From positions 1,447,675 to 1,511,674 of the forward strand of contig OZ244812.1 of the NCBI GenBank assembly GCA_965220205.1: a stretch of 64,000 nucleotides of DNA, in the 5' to 3' direction. Source of the DNA: Dehalococcoidia bacterium. GTDB taxonomy: Bacteria; Chloroflexota; Dehalococcoidia; Lucifugimonadales; Australimonadaceae. The notes below the pieces were generated by a model. That model was not told the DNA's origin. It ran no database searches and was given only the letters and a program-made list of their open reading frames with translations. Shown here one piece after another: positions 1 to 8,636 of this stretch; the first letter of the stretch is position 1; each line of letters starts with the position of its first letter. Made by a program: the position numbers and the translations under genes.

Positions 1-721
1 CGAGGCGGGGCATGATGGAGGTGCCTCCGCCCACGCGAAACTCGAAGCCGCGCTCCTCGACGCCTCCGAGGCCCGTACGGACGCGCGGGATGAACGCCAT
101 GTCGTGGATGTCGGCGACGATGTCGTCGTTCTGCTCGGTCGTGAATGCGGTCTTGAACTTGCGCGGGAGGACCTGGGTGTACTCGTGCCGGATGAACCAG
201 CGGGCGAAGGCCGCGAGGTAGGGAGCGGTGGGGAACGGCTCCGCCGGGTCGACGCCGAGCATGGCAGGGGCGCCCACGTTCCGCACGACGTTGCCGCAGG
301 CCTCGCGCGTCACGAGCCCGGCCTCGCCCAGTATGCGCATGCACTCCGGCGTGTCGGCGAGCTTCAGGAAGTGTATCTGGATGTTCTCACGCGTCGTCAC
401 GTGCCCCTTCTTGAGCGGCGCGAAGCGCGAGACGACCTCGCCAAACGCGTCGACTTGGTCGGCCGTGAGGGCGCCGGCCGGTATCTTGACGCGCATCATC
501 TGCACGTCGGCCTGACGCTGGCCGTACACGCCCCGGACGAGCCGGAACATGATGAATTGGTCCTCCGAGTCCCACTCGCCGTTCAGGAACCTGGTGGCTT
601 CGGTCTCGAAGTCGTCGGCCTCTTGGGGAACATAGGGAAGCACGCTCTTGGTGTAGTCGTGGCGTGCCTTGTCGTTCATCGTCTCAACGCCACGGACGAT
701 GGGGCCTTTCGTGGTCGTCAT
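1..721 (-). CDS. ferredoxin-type nitrite/sulfite reductase hemoprotein (Sir/NirA-like), N-terminal part; 3' end leaves the window
   Basis: Own translation of minus strand from ATG 721-719: MTTTKGPIVRGVETMNDKARHDYTKSVLPYVPQEADDFETEATRFLNGEWDSEDQFIMFRLVRGVYGQRQ...HVTTRENIQIHF...TREACGNVVRNV; open to nt 1. Absent from ORF track because it runs off the edge. Confidence 0.85.
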   Translation of the reverse strand, partial: MTTTKGPIVRGVETMNDKARHDYTKSVLPYVPQEADDFETEATRFLNGEWDSEDQFIMFRLVRGVYGQRQADVQMMRVKIPAGALTADQVDAFGEVVSRFAPLKKGHVTTRENIQIHFLKLADTPECMRILGEAGLVTREACGNVVRNVGAPAMLGVDPAEPFPTAPYLAAFARWFIRHEYTQVLPRKFKTAFTTEQNDDIVADIHDMAFIPRVRTGLGGVEERGFEFRVGGGTSIMPRL

Positions 722-764
722 GTCGTCAATCCTCTCACTCTCGCCGGGTAGCTCCAGCAACGCT

Positions 765-802
765 GGAAAGAGAAAGTGCCCTTCTCGGTATGAGAAGGGC
801 AC
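765..802 (-). terminator. intrinsic-terminator-like hairpin downstream of aldolase gene
   Basis: 11-bp perfect stem gtgcccttctc/gagaagggcac (776-802, 5-nt loop). On the minus strand it is followed by UUUCUCUUUCC (plus 765-775). Confidence 0.5.
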
Positions 803-975
803 GGCGTCTCGGACGTCCTGAACCGCCAGCCCTAGTCAGCTGCAACACCCGCAGAGCCCGTACTGGCGATATGTCGCAATCATAGCGATGCCAGGATACC
901 ACGCGGCGCGCGTCGCCGCCAGCGGAGGGAGGGGCGTCAACGTCGGACGCCCCCCGTTCCCCGTCCCGCCTACAG

Positions 976-1761
976 CTACGGAGTGACCATCCCCGCGGTG
1001 ACCCGAGCCTTGTAGGAGTTCCACACGCCGTTGCGCGGCGGGTTGCCGCCAATGCGGCGCATGAGCTCCTTGAAGTGGGGGTACTCGTGCTGAGGAGCGC
1101 GGGTCTCCAACTCGACGAGGTACTCCTCGGGCACCCGCTTGTGGTCCGAGCCCTTGGCGGCGACGGCCCAGTAGTTCATGCGCGCCTGCTCTTCGAGCGC
1201 CAGCATGCTGAGCACCGAGTCCTCGACGGAGCGGCCGGTCATAGTGGCGCCGTGACCTCGCATGATGCACGCCTTGGCGGAGCCCATCACCTGGACCAGC
1301 TCCATCCCCTCCTCCTCGCTCCATACGGTCTTGGAGTGCGGGTAGACGGGCAGCGGCCTGCGGACAAGCTCAGCCCCCTCCTGACACATGGGGACGAGCG
1401 TCTCCTCCAGCACGGACATGAGCACGACGTTGCGCGGGTGCACGTGCACCACGGACTGGATCTCGGGCCGCTCCCGGTAGATGCTCGAGTGAATCTTGAC
1501 CTCGGAGCACTGCGTCGACTTGGCGGGGCCGTCGACCTTATAGCCTTCGAGGTCGCACACGATCATGTCGTAGTACTGCATCGCTTCGAGCGCGTCGACC
1601 TCGTAGCCCCTGCCCTTGACGACGAACAGGTCGGGCTGGTTGGGCACGCGCATGCTGACATGACCGAGCCCCGCCGTGATTCCCGCCGCGAGGCCTGTCG
1701 CGGACAGGATGCGGGTCGCAGTCGCTACCTCGTACTTCACCTCGTCAATCTCACGTGACAT
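976..1761 (-). CDS. class II aldolase/adducin family protein
   Basis: 261-aa ORF with family-typical strings KGRGY, IHSSIYRERPEIQSVVHVHP, MRGHGATMTG. Confidence 0.8.
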   Translation of the reverse strand: MSREIDEVKYEVATATRILSATGLAAGITAGLGHVSMRVPNQPDLFVVKGRGYEVDALEAMQYYDMIVCDLEGYKVDGPAKSTQCSEVKIHSSIYRERPEIQSVVHVHPRNVVLMSVLEETLVPMCQEGAELVRRPLPVYPHSKTVWSEEEGMELVQVMGSAKACIMRGHGATMTGRSVEDSVLSMLALEEQARMNYWAVAAKGSDHKRVPEEYLVELETRAPQHEYPHFKELMRRIGGNPPRNGVWNSYKARVTAGMVTP

Positions 1762-1922
1762 GGTTGCTCCTCAGGTTTGTTGGGCTCGGCCAGTCTGCTG
1801 AATCGGCGCAGTGCGCGAACCTCGCATGGCCTTGCGCGCGTCATGGTACCATCCAGCCGACAGCCGAGCGCAGGCTGCTGCATCCGGCCTGCGGCGTCCA
1901 GCCTACATTCGGAGCGGTCACC

Positions 1923-2408
1923 GTGCCATCCTTCGACGTCGTCTCCAAGACAGACCTCAACGAAATCGACAACGTGGTGAACGGCATGCGCCGCGAGACG
2001 CTACAGCGTTTCGACCTCAAGGGGACGAAGTGCGGCATCGATCGCTCCGGCGGCGAGCTCACCATCACGGCGGACGACGACCTGAAGCTGCGTCAGATGC
2101 ACGAACTGCTGGCGACTTACCTGGCGCGACGCGACGTAGACGGTCGCGCGCTCGAGTACAAGACCCCCGAGAAGGCCAGCGGCGACAGCCTCCGCCAGAC
2201 CGTAACGATCCGGCAGGGCCTCGACGCCGACCTCGGGCGGCGAATCATTAAGGCGATCAAGGGAACGAAGCTGAGGGTGCAGGTGGCGATCCAGGGCAAC
2301 GAGCTGCGGGTTTCCGGCAAGAAGCGAGACGACCTACAGGAGACGATCGCATTCATCAAGGAGATGGAGATTGACCTCCCTCTCCAGTACGTGAACTTCC
2401 GGGATTAA
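1923..2408 (+). CDS. yajQ: YajQ family (UPF0234) nucleotide / cyclic-di-GMP-binding protein
   Basis: GTG at 1923 preceded by GGAG gives M-PSFDVVSKTDLNEIDNVVNGMRRETLQRFDLKG...LQYVNFRD, ~161 aa as in YajQ. The ORF-track start at 1755 is an upstream extension. Confidence 0.85.
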   Translation: MPSFDVVSKTDLNEIDNVVNGMRRETLQRFDLKGTKCGIDRSGGELTITADDDLKLRQMHELLATYLARRDVDGRALEYKTPEKASGDSLRQTVTIRQGLDADLGRRIIKAIKGTKLRVQVAIQGNELRVSGKKRDDLQETIAFIKEMEIDLPLQYVNFRD

Positions 2409-2430
2409 CCGTGTTGCCTGCGGGGGGGGG

Positions 2431-2772
2431 CTACTCCTTCAGGCCGGGGACATCCAACTCGACGCCTCCCAGCAAGGACGAGCCATCGTCATCATTGCGG
2501 GCGGAGAGTTGGGAGATGGGCACTGCGGGGAGCGTCATCACATGGACGCCCGCGCGGACGCCGAACTGGAGCGAATAGCGGGCGGCGGCGTCGTTGTCCG
2601 GAGCCTCGACGATGCCGACGAAGTCGTAGTCGCCGAGCACGGCGTAGAGGCCCAGCCCCATCACACCGGACACCTCGACCTCGTCGGCGGCGCGAACGAT
2701 GACATCGGAGTCGTTGAGCAGGCGCTCGCGCCCTGTCGAGTCCAAAGTCATCAGCAGAATGTAGTGCGCCAC
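2431..2772 (-). CDS. GYD domain-containing protein
   Basis: GTG at 2772 gives (M)AHYILLMTLDSTGRERLLND...YAVLGDYDFVGIVEAPDNDAAARYSLQ; the track ORF (to 2967) has an implausible N-extension. Confidence 0.7.
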   Translation of the reverse strand: MAHYILLMTLDSTGRERLLNDSDVIVRAADEVEVSGVMGLGLYAVLGDYDFVGIVEAPDNDAAARYSLQFGVRAGVHVMTLPAVPISQLSARNDDDGSSLLGGVELDVPGLKE

Positions 2773-2851
2773 GGCCAAACCCCCTTGCTGTTCGAATGGC
2801 GAGCGCCGGGCCGGAATGTCGACGCCGTCATCATCCGCATCCAGGCAGGGA

Positions 2852-4030
2852 CTACGCCCGCATGAGCACTTCGTGGCGCTCCGACGCTCCGACGCGGCTG
2901 GCGTCCGGTAGGTCGATGCGCTTATTCGTGGATGGGTCCCGGCGGACGTTGATGGGCTCTCCGCCATCCTCGACGACAGCCGCCTGCTCGAGCAGCAGGT
3001 CGCGGAACATGATGATCCCGAGGTCGCTGCTCCCGAGGTGTTCTAGGTCGCGCGGTGTGACAGGCCCCTGGGTTGAGACCGCCATGTTGTCCTGCCCGTT
3101 CGCCGTCCCCAGAAGGAACTTGCCGCCCTCGTCGATGCCGGCAACGTCGTAGTAGGGCGTGTCGGCGCCGTGCGCCGACGCGCGATCGGACGGCCGAGCC
3201 ATGTGGAGCAGGAACCACGTGTGAGTATCGTCAATGGGCACGACGTAGATGATGGACCCCGACTTGTTCGGCGAACCCATGAGCGCGACGTTCGGGAAGA
3301 AGACAGACGAGCCTGCGGTCCAACTGTACTCGCTCGCCGACCGGCTCATATGGCGTTCGATGATGCCCTCCTCAAAGAGGTCGAACCCGATGCGCTTCAT
3401 GGGCCCAGGCATGAAGTTCGCGCGGAACCGCGCTGCCTCCTCGGGGTCAGTCCGCTCCAGGATGTACGAGAAGTAGCGGCCGTGCAGCGCGGCGACGTGC
3501 GCGGGATCGAGCATGTTCTCGATGACTTGGAGCCAGTTGCACGCAATGATCGTCCCGTTGGTCTCGCGTAACGCGTGGTTCCACACGAGGACGTTGTAGT
3601 GAGGCACTAGCGGCGCGGGTTCCGGGCCGAGGTAGGCGAAGATGAGCCCGCCGAGCTCCTCGACGCGGTACGCGGGGACTCTGATACGTGAAGCGAACGT
3701 GCTGCTCTCGGGTTCGGTTGGCTGCTCGATGCACTGGCCAGTCGTGTCGTACATCCAACCGTGATAGGCGCAGCGCAGGCCGTGCTTCTCGGGTATGCCG
3801 TAGGCGAGCGACGTTCGCCGGTGCGCGCACGACTCAGCCACCAAGCCGAGATTGGAACTGCCGTCGCGGAACAGCACCAAGTCTTCGCCCAGGAGTCTGA
3901 CAGCCTTGACGGGCTCCTTGTCCAACTGCGCGGAGGCGGCAATGGGGTGCCAGTAGCGCCGCATCAGGAGACCCATAACGGTGCCGGGACCGACCGCCGT
4001 CAGCCGTTCGCTCTCCTCTGCCGTCAGCAT
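2852..4030 (-). CDS. Rieske [2Fe-2S] non-heme iron oxygenase, alpha-only type (phthalate-family/KshA-like)
   Basis: Rieske motif CAHRRTSL...CAYHGW; mononuclear-iron motif NMLDPAHVAALH; 392 aa. Confidence 0.85.
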   Translation of the reverse strand: MLTAEESERLTAVGPGTVMGLLMRRYWHPIAASAQLDKEPVKAVRLLGEDLVLFRDGSSNLGLVAESCAHRRTSLAYGIPEKHGLRCAYHGWMYDTTGQCIEQPTEPESSTFASRIRVPAYRVEELGGLIFAYLGPEPAPLVPHYNVLVWNHALRETNGTIIACNWLQVIENMLDPAHVAALHGRYFSYILERTDPEEAARFRANFMPGPMKRIGFDLFEEGIIERHMSRSASEYSWTAGSSVFFPNVALMGSPNKSGSIIYVVPIDDTHTWFLLHMARPSDRASAHGADTPYYDVAGIDEGGKFLLGTANGQDNMAVSTQGPVTPRDLEHLGSSDLGIIMFRDLLLEQAAVVEDGGEPINVRRDPSTNKRIDLPDASRVGASERHEVLMRA

Positions 4031-4187
4031 TGTGGCCCCGATCGTGGCGGCCAGACAGGGCGATGCCCCTGGCCTTTGTTGGATATGTCAATCGACAATT
4101 GCGTCAATCCGCGCCAAGAGCTTGCAACGCCCCACGGCATTTGTAAACCCTGAGCGCTGTTGTGCGCGAGGCGGGGTCCCAGCCGGG

Positions 4188-5537
4188 CTACTGCCCAATC
4201 ATCCTGCGGCGCTCGGCTGCGTCTGCGCCCCCCTCCACGCCTCTGGCGTTGAGCACTGGGCTGTACTTGCTTGCAGCTCCCTGCCGCTTGAAGCCCAAGC
4301 CCCCCGTGCCCGTGCCGCCGAGGTCGCCGGCGTTGCGCGCCGCCGCCAGCTCGGCCGGGAGTTCGGTGTCCATCGCGAGGTAGGTGTTCTGCTCGGGATC
4401 GCGGAACGTGTTCATCGGCTCGCCGCCGTCCTCGACGATGCGGATGTTCTCCTCGAGCATCTTGCGGAACATGATGACCCCCACGTCGGACCGCCCGAGG
4501 TTCTCCCCGGTTCGGTCGGCGATGGCGCCCTGGGTGATCCACGCAGCGATGTCCTGCGCGCTGTTGCTATCGAGGATCGACCACTGCGGGTCGCCCTTCT
4601 CGTCGAGCTGGATCAACGGCGGCGAGAAGAAGGGCATATCCTCGGGCCGCTGCTCAGGCTCGCCCTCGGCCCTTGGATGGCACATCACCCACCAGTGTTG
4701 CGTGTGCGTGTCGTCGACGGGCACGCGAATCTGGAAGGCGGGACCCATCATGCCCCAATGGTCGCGGTGGAGGCCGGAGCCGCCCTGGCGCAAGAAGTAG
4801 GGAAACACGATTGGGTGTCCCTCGCGCCACGATGTGTCCTGCTCCGTGCCCCCCTCCATAACCCTGCGTTTGATGATGCCCCAATCGAACTCGGTGAAAC
4901 CGATCTTGGCGTGGCGGCGGTGAGGACGCTTGCTCTCGGGCTCGTCCCGCCGTTCGGCGATGTAGCTGGTCCAGTACGCGTGCAGCCACTCCAGGTGCAC
5001 CGGGTCGAGTGAGTTCTCCTGGCACTGCAGCCAGTTGCAGGGAAGGACCGTGTAGCCGGCGTCGCGCACCACGTCCGGGGCCGCGAAAACGTCCCAATTC
5101 GGAACGAGGGGCGCGGGCTGGGGACCGAGATAGGCGAACAGGAGGCCCGCCTTCTGTTCGACGGGGTAGGCCTTCATCGGCGTCTTGTCCTTGAAGCGGC
5201 CCGTAGGGTCCTCGGTCTCCTCGTAGGGCTGTTCGATGCAGGCCCCTGTCTCGTTGTACATCCAGCCGTGGTAGGAACACCGCAGGCCATGCTCCTCGGG
5301 GATGCCGTAGATCATGTTCATCCGCCGGTGAGCGCAGTGGGGCTCGAGCAGGCCGAAGGTGCCGGAGCGGTCCTTGTAGAGGATCAGGTCTTCGCCGAGC
5401 AGGCGTATCTTCTTTGTGTGGCGGTCCTTGAGCTCCGAAACCGCCGCGATGGGGTGCCAGTACCGCCGCATGAGCTCGCCGGTTGGCGTCCCGGGACCCA
5501 CTCGCGTGTAGCGGTCGTTCACCTCTGCTGTCAGCAT
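4188..5537 (-). CDS. Rieske [2Fe-2S] non-heme iron oxygenase, paralogue of 2852-4030
   Basis: ATG 5537 preceded by GAGGAGGG gives MLTAEVNDRYTRVGPGTPTGELMRRYWHPIAA, parallel to the neighbour's N-terminus. Motifs CAHRRMNM...CSYHGW and ENSLDPVHLEWLH; extra Gly-rich C-terminal tail. Confidence 0.85.
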   Translation of the reverse strand: MLTAEVNDRYTRVGPGTPTGELMRRYWHPIAAVSELKDRHTKKIRLLGEDLILYKDRSGTFGLLEPHCAHRRMNMIYGIPEEHGLRCSYHGWMYNETGACIEQPYEETEDPTGRFKDKTPMKAYPVEQKAGLLFAYLGPQPAPLVPNWDVFAAPDVVRDAGYTVLPCNWLQCQENSLDPVHLEWLHAYWTSYIAERRDEPESKRPHRRHAKIGFTEFDWGIIKRRVMEGGTEQDTSWREGHPIVFPYFLRQGGSGLHRDHWGMMGPAFQIRVPVDDTHTQHWWVMCHPRAEGEPEQRPEDMPFFSPPLIQLDEKGDPQWSILDSNSAQDIAAWITQGAIADRTGENLGRSDVGVIMFRKMLEENIRIVEDGGEPMNTFRDPEQNTYLAMDTELPAELAAARNAGDLGGTGTGGLGFKRQGAASKYSPVLNARGVEGGADAAERRRMIGQ

Positions 5538-5633
5538 CGTGCCCTCCTCGCCTGCGACTGTCGAGGCTGTTCCGCGCGCATCATACGCCGCGCGGCGACG
5601 GCCTGCCACGGGCCAGCCGGGGGCGCGGCGGCC

Positions 5634-6497
5634 TCACGCGAGGGCGTCGGCCCGGGGCGACTCGCGGACAGGACGAGCGCGGATGACGTGCGGGTAGAGG
5701 ACGAGCGCAATGCCAATTATGACGCTGCCGCCGATCGCGTCCACGACGTAATGGTTTCCCGTGATGGTGATGGCGAAGAACATGATGGCGGGGGAGAGGA
5801 GGCCAAGCAGCTTCAGGATGCGTGGGCCGGTGTTCCAGAAGATGAGCCCGAGCAGGATGGCCCAGCCGAAATGCAGGCTCGGCATCGCGGCGTAGGAGTT
5901 GTAGTAGAGATCGACATCCCACGCGGCGTACCAAGGCGGCCCGTAGACGGCGATGGTGTCGACGATTCCCTCGATGTTCATGAATCGAGGGGGCGCCAGC
6001 GGGTAGAGCGCGAACAGCGCGAGCGCCACGGCGAAGCTCAGCAGCACCATCCCCCGGTAGTACAGATACCGCTCGCGGTTCACGATGTACATGACGACGG
6101 CTGTGCCAAGAATGAGCGGGAAGAACGTCAGGATGTACAGATAGTTGAAGACGAGAATCGTCGTCTCGCCTCCGTTGCTGGCAACACCCTGCAGCCACGG
6201 CTCCCAGGACAGCCCGATGTAACGCTCGAGGGCGATGACGCTCCCTGCGTTGTCGACCCCAATCTCGTCGGCCCCGGGTGCGATCACTTTGCGGACCAGC
6301 ATGTAGGCGGAATAGGCAGCGAGGAGGAGGACCACTTCACGCAGGTGACTCAGCTTGCCCCGCTGCTCGCGCCGATCGTCGGCCACGGCGGCGCCGGCGG
6401 AACGGTTCAGCCGCAACCGCCCCTTCAAGAACCGCGCCGCGTTCAATAGGGCCGCGATCGGAGTGTCATACAGACTTCCCATCCCGGCCGCAGGCAC
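5634..6497 (-). CDS. PAP2-superfamily integral membrane protein (PAP2_C / inositolphosphorylceramide-synthase-like)
   Basis: Multi-TM ORF with AMPSLHFGW ... ITGNHYVVDAIGG motifs. Confidence 0.7.
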   Translation of the reverse strand: MPAAGMGSLYDTPIAALLNAARFLKGRLRLNRSAGAAVADDRREQRGKLSHLREVVLLLAAYSAYMLVRKVIAPGADEIGVDNAGSVIALERYIGLSWEPWLQGVASNGGETTILVFNYLYILTFFPLILGTAVVMYIVNRERYLYYRGMVLLSFAVALALFALYPLAPPRFMNIEGIVDTIAVYGPPWYAAWDVDLYYNSYAAMPSLHFGWAILLGLIFWNTGPRILKLLGLLSPAIMFFAITITGNHYVVDAIGGSVIIGIALVLYPHVIRARPVRESPRADALA

Positions 6498-6758
6498 CGG
6501 TAGACGCCCTCGACTACGCGCGAAGAGGCGTCGACGAGCCGCATGCTAACAGACGTTGGTCGACCGGCGCCCCGCCGGGCCCCCGCTTGGCGTGCTCGAG
6601 ACCGGCGGTTCGGACACCCCCAGTCCTGGGGGGCTGCGAGTCCGACAATGCGGCCACGACGCGGCGCCGTTACAATACCGAGGCAGCCGACCGGATGCGG
6701 CGCCGGCGCCCACATAGGCGTGCCGGATTACCGCGGGCGGTTTGGGGCGACTGAGCGT

Positions 6759-8636
6759 ATGCGACCTATCGTCCGTATCTTCAAGATGATCATCCAGAGG
6801 CACCGAACGCAGCTGCTGTTCGGTTACTTCTCGGTGTTCGGAGCGGCCACGGCCGGTCTGGCCATCCCGCGCGTCATCGGCACAGGCGTCGACCGCGTCT
6901 TGGACCCGCAGAACGAATCGCGCGGCCTCCAGGGGCTGCTGGCGCTCGCTGTGACCCTCCTGCTCCTAGGCCTGACCCGCGGCTTCTTCTCGTGGGGCCA
7001 GACGTTCACGGCGGAGTCGTTGTCGCAGAAGATCGCCTACCGCATCCGCAACGACTACTACGACCGTCTCCAGCGTCTCAGTTTCGCCTTCCACGACAAG
7101 CAGGCGACCGGCTCGCTGATGTCGCGGGCCACGGCCGACGTCGAGGGCGTGCGCATGTTCGTGAACATAGGGGCAGTGCGCGCGATGTTCATCCTAGCGA
7201 TGGTCGCGGGCGCCGCGGTGGCGATGCTGCTCACCGACATCCGCATGGCGCTGGTCACACTCGCTTTCGTCCCATTTCTAGTCCTCCGCGTCGTCCTCAC
7301 GAGCCGAAGGCTTCGGCGCATCTGGATGCGGGTCCAAGAACTCACCGCCGAAATGGTGTCAACGCTTCAGGAGAACCTGACGGGCATCCGGGTCGTCAAA
7401 GCGTTCGCAGCCGAGAAGCACGAGATCGCCAAGTTCCGCAAGCGGTCGCTGGCCGTGGCCGAGGAGAGTTACCACGCGCAGCACACCTGGGCCAGGAACT
7501 TCGCAATCATGAACCTCGGCTTCATGCTCGTGATGAGCGTCATCCTCTGGTACGGCGGCAATCGGGTGATCGACGGACGCACCCTCGTCGACGGGCAGTA
7601 CGTGTACACCGGCCTGACGCCTGGCGAGCTGGCCAGCTTCTTCATCTATCTCAGCATGCTGGTGATGCCGGTCCGAATAACCGGGTTCGCCGTGAACAGC
7701 TTTGCGCGGGCCTCCTCGTCGGGCCAGCGGCTGTTCGACATCCTCGACACGGAGTCGCCGGTGCGGGACCGACCTAACGCCCAGGAGATAAGCGCCGTCG
7801 AGGGCCAGGTGACCTTCGACCACGTCTCGTTCAGCTACGACGGCGTGCACCCGGCCCTGCGCGACATCAACATTGACGTTGCCGCCGGGTCGGTCGTGGC
7901 ACTCGTGGGCAGGCCGGGGAGCGGAAAGACGACCTTCGCCCACCTCATCCCGCGCTTCTACGACGTGACGAGCGGGAGGGTCCTGATAGACGGCCACGAC
8001 ATCCGCGAGTACACCGTCGAGTCGCTGCGCCGCAACGTGGGCGTGGTGCAGCAGGACGTGTTCATCCACACGTCGTCGATCCGGGACAACGTGGCCTACG
8101 GAGACACGGAGGCGGACATCGAACGGGTCGAGCAGGTGACGAGCATGGCTCAGCTGCACGACTTCATTCAAGAACTGCCCGACGGCTACGAGACGGTGGT
8201 CGGCGAGCGAGGCGTGGGACTCTCCGGCGGCCAGAAGCAGCGATTGTCTATCGCGCGCACGGTCCTGCTCGGTCCGCCCGTCCTCGTGCTCGACGATTCC
8301 ACTTCCAGCGTTGACGTACACACCGAGCGGCTGATCCAGCAGGGATTGGACGAGGTCATCGGCAGCCGCACGACGTTCCTCATCAGCAACCGGTTCCACA
8401 CGATCGCGCGGGCCGACGAGATATTCGTGTTCCGCGACGGCGAGATTGTACAGCGGGGGATGCACGACGAGCTCGTCAACGCGCCCGGCGAATACAGCGA
8501 GCTCTACCACTCGCAGATGCGCCCGTTCGAGCAGGCGAGGCGCGAGTTGCAAGAAAGGCAACGGGCTGCGGGGAACGGGGCGCGCGAGGAGCAGACGAGA
8601 ATCGCCTCGCGCGACGGCCGGGAGGCGCGCAGCTGA
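6759..8636 (+). CDS. ABC exporter, fused permease/ATPase (heterodimer subunit 1)
   Basis: ATG 6759 (MRPIVRIFKMIIQRHRTQLLF); six-TM region then Walker A GRPGSGKTT, signature LSGGQKQR, Walker B VLVLDD. The track start at 6543 is an extension. Confidence 0.9.
   Translation: MRPIVRIFKMIIQRHRTQLLFGYFSVFGAATAGLAIPRVIGTGVDRVLDPQNESRGLQGLLALAVTLLLLGLTRGFFSWGQTFTAESLSQKIAYRIRNDYYDRLQRLSFAFHDKQATGSLMSRATADVEGVRMFVNIGAVRAMFILAMVAGAAVAMLLTDIRMALVTLAFVPFLVLRVVLTSRRLRRIWMRVQELTAEMVSTLQENLTGIRVVKAFAAEKHEIAKFRKRSLAVAEESYHAQHTWARNFAIMNLGFMLVMSVILWYGGNRVIDGRTLVDGQYVYTGLTPGELASFFIYLSMLVMPVRITGFAVNSFARASSSGQRLFDILDTESPVRDRPNAQEISAVEGQVTFDHVSFSYDGVHPALRDINIDVAAGSVVALVGRPGSGKTTFAHLIPRFYDVTSGRVLIDGHDIREYTVESLRRNVGVVQQDVFIHTSSIRDNVAYGDTEADIERVEQVTSMAQLHDFIQELPDGYETVVGERGVGLSGGQKQRLSIARTVLLGPPVLVLDDSTSSVDVHTERLIQQGLDEVIGSRTTFLISNRFHTIARADEIFVFRDGEIVQRGMHDELVNAPGEYSELYHSQMRPFEQARRELQERQRAAGNGAREEQTRIASRDGREARS

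Noticed and set aside
6543-6758. Long N-terminal extensions offered by the ORF track (also 16016-16321, 29153-29287, 32103-33020, 44651-44905, 47673-47972, 48491-48808, 49050-49256, 1755-1922, 2773-2967)
   Set aside because: The extensions are Arg/Pro-rich and overlap upstream genes or spacers. Internal starts with Shine-Dalgarno-like sequences give N-termini matching the expected family lengths.
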